Below, in pieces: positions 62,503 to 64,000 of a stretch of 64,000 bases of DNA. The notes under the pieces are model-generated. The model saw only the letters and a list, made by a program, of their open reading frames with translations. It made no database searches and was not told the DNA's origin. Each line of letters starts with the position of its first letter. The stretch's first letter is position 1. The stretch comes from Mobula birostris. Taxonomy: Eukaryota. The position numbers were made by a program, and so were the translations under genes. The stretch lies in NCBI RefSeq assembly GCF_030028105.1, contig NC_092389.1, positions 58,839,241 to 58,903,240 of the forward strand. Direction: 5' to 3'.

Positions 62503-62589
62503 GTAGGACATGCTCTTTACTGAAACCCTGTATGGATTTGTAAAATAGTTTAGAATAGCAGTTTATCACCATCAGTTTATTATTTACAG

Positions 62590-62708
62590 GATTAATGATG
62601 ATGTCCCGGAATTGTCAGTGACAGATGAGGCCCTACCGGTTGAAAAATTTGATCACATCTATTTGCTGAACACAGTGCTGAGAGAAACACTTGATGCCAT
62701 TAATCGAG
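62590..62708 (+). CDS. TRIM exon 5 (119 nt linker); terminal PRY-SPRY exon expected beyond the window
   Basis: ttacag|G ... CGAG|gtaaaa; INDDVPELSVTDEALPVEKFDHIYLLNTVLRETLDAINR in frame. Confidence 0.85.
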
Positions 62709-63059
62709 GTAAAACTTACAAAGATTCATTTCTTCTTGTTTGTGAGATCACAATTAATTTCAAATTTGAGGCAAAGATTACTGTAATATTGGGTTGAAGT
62801 GGAACTGAAGTCTATTCCACATCAACCCCACCGACTGGGGGGGGGGCATCACTGTCACATGGTCAGCTGGAGATGTCAGACCCCTGAACACACCAGCACA
62901 GAGCCACAATATAACCAATACACGGGACTGGCCGATGAACCACTGTGTCCCGATCCCAGGCACACTGCACTAACACGCCAAGACATGAGTTTGAATCCTA
63001 CCACAGGAGCTGGGAAATTAATACTGACTTGATGATATTGTAGGGAATAAAAGCGGGCA

Positions 63060-64000
63060 TCAGTGTGATCACCGGGCTTGTCAGAAAAATACACAAGTCC
63101 TTCGTGCACTGTGAGTGCAGACTCTGATTGACGCAGGTCTCCCTCCTTCTGGATTGGCAACTCCCACTGTTGTTCGAGGGAAAAGAGGGGAGTGGTAGTG
63201 ATTGGGGACTCAGTCGGGGAACAGGCAGGAGAATCTGTGGATGTGAGTGGAACACCTGAATGGTATGTTGCCTCCTAGGTGCCAGAATCAGGGATGCTTC
63301 GGGTTGTGTCTGCAGCATTTTAGAGAGTGAGAGAAAACAGCTGGATATGTTGGTATATTTTGGGACAAATGACATTGGAAGTAAAAACAAAGAGGTCCTG
63401 AAAATAGAATTTGGAGAGCTTGGTAGAAAGCTCAGAAGCAGTACCTTCAGGTTTATAATTTCTGGATTGCTGCCTGTGCGACGTGCTGGTGAGGGTAGGA
63501 GCAGGATAATTTGGCAGATTAAAGCATGCCTGAGAAGCTGGTGCAGGGGGCAGGGCTTCAGGTTTTTGGATCATTGGGATCTTTTCTGGTGGAGAAATGA
63601 CCTGCTCAAAAGGGATGGGTTGCACCTGGACCCGAGGGAGAACAATATTCTCACAGGGAGGTTTGATAGAGCTGTTGGGGAGGGTTTAAACTAATTTGTT
63701 GGGGGGGGGGTGGTTAGGAACGAGTGAAGGGATAGGACTGATGGTAAAAATGCAAAGATAGTGTGCAGTCAGACTGTCAGATGGGGCAGCCAGATACGAG
63801 GACAAAACTGCAGCCAGCTGGGTGAGTATCAGTGCATTAGGGATGCAGAATGAAAAAGGTAGCAGGTATGGTACACAAAGTGTTATATCTCAATCATGGA
63901 GTGTGAGAAATAAGGTGGATGATCTTGTTGCTCGATTACAGATTGTCAGGTATGATGTTGTGGCCATCAGGGAATCATGACTGAAGGATGGTTGTAGTTG
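63060..64000 (+). mobile_element. CR1 LINE ORF1 esterase and ORF2 start, runs off the right edge
   Basis: VVIGDS, FGTNDIG, DHWDLFW, DGLHL. Confidence 0.88.

Overview
Repeat-rich vertebrate genomic DNA, most likely a cartilaginous fish (ray or shark; inferred from the CR1, V-SINE and Penelope repeat types and the gene families), with seven N blocks. Genes: (i) four two-exon GPR139/GPR142-like class A GPCRs in two subfamilies: gene 1 on minus with two candidate first exons; genes 2 and 3 on plus in a ~7.6 kb tandem duplication, gene 2 carrying one in-frame stop; gene 4 on plus. (ii) The first five coding exons of a RING/B-box/coiled-coil TRIM gene whose last exon (expected PRY-SPRY) lies beyond the window. 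The rest is mobile DNA: a degenerate endogenous retrovirus-like element (LTR-PBS-gag-pro-RT), many CR1 LINEs (one near full length), Rex1/Babar, L1 and Tx1 fragments, two Tc1 transposons, Penelope-derived repeats carrying hammerhead-ribozyme cores, a V-SINE and several minisatellites. Most notable: a diversifying orphan-GPCR array with hypervariable extracellular loops and duplicated first exons, hammerhead cores in the 3' UTRs of two receptors, and an NF-kB-like VNTR plus an inverted-repeat-flanked CpG segment at the TRIM gene. Repeat boundaries were read by eye and are approximate; exon boundaries were checked against splice sites and reading frame.
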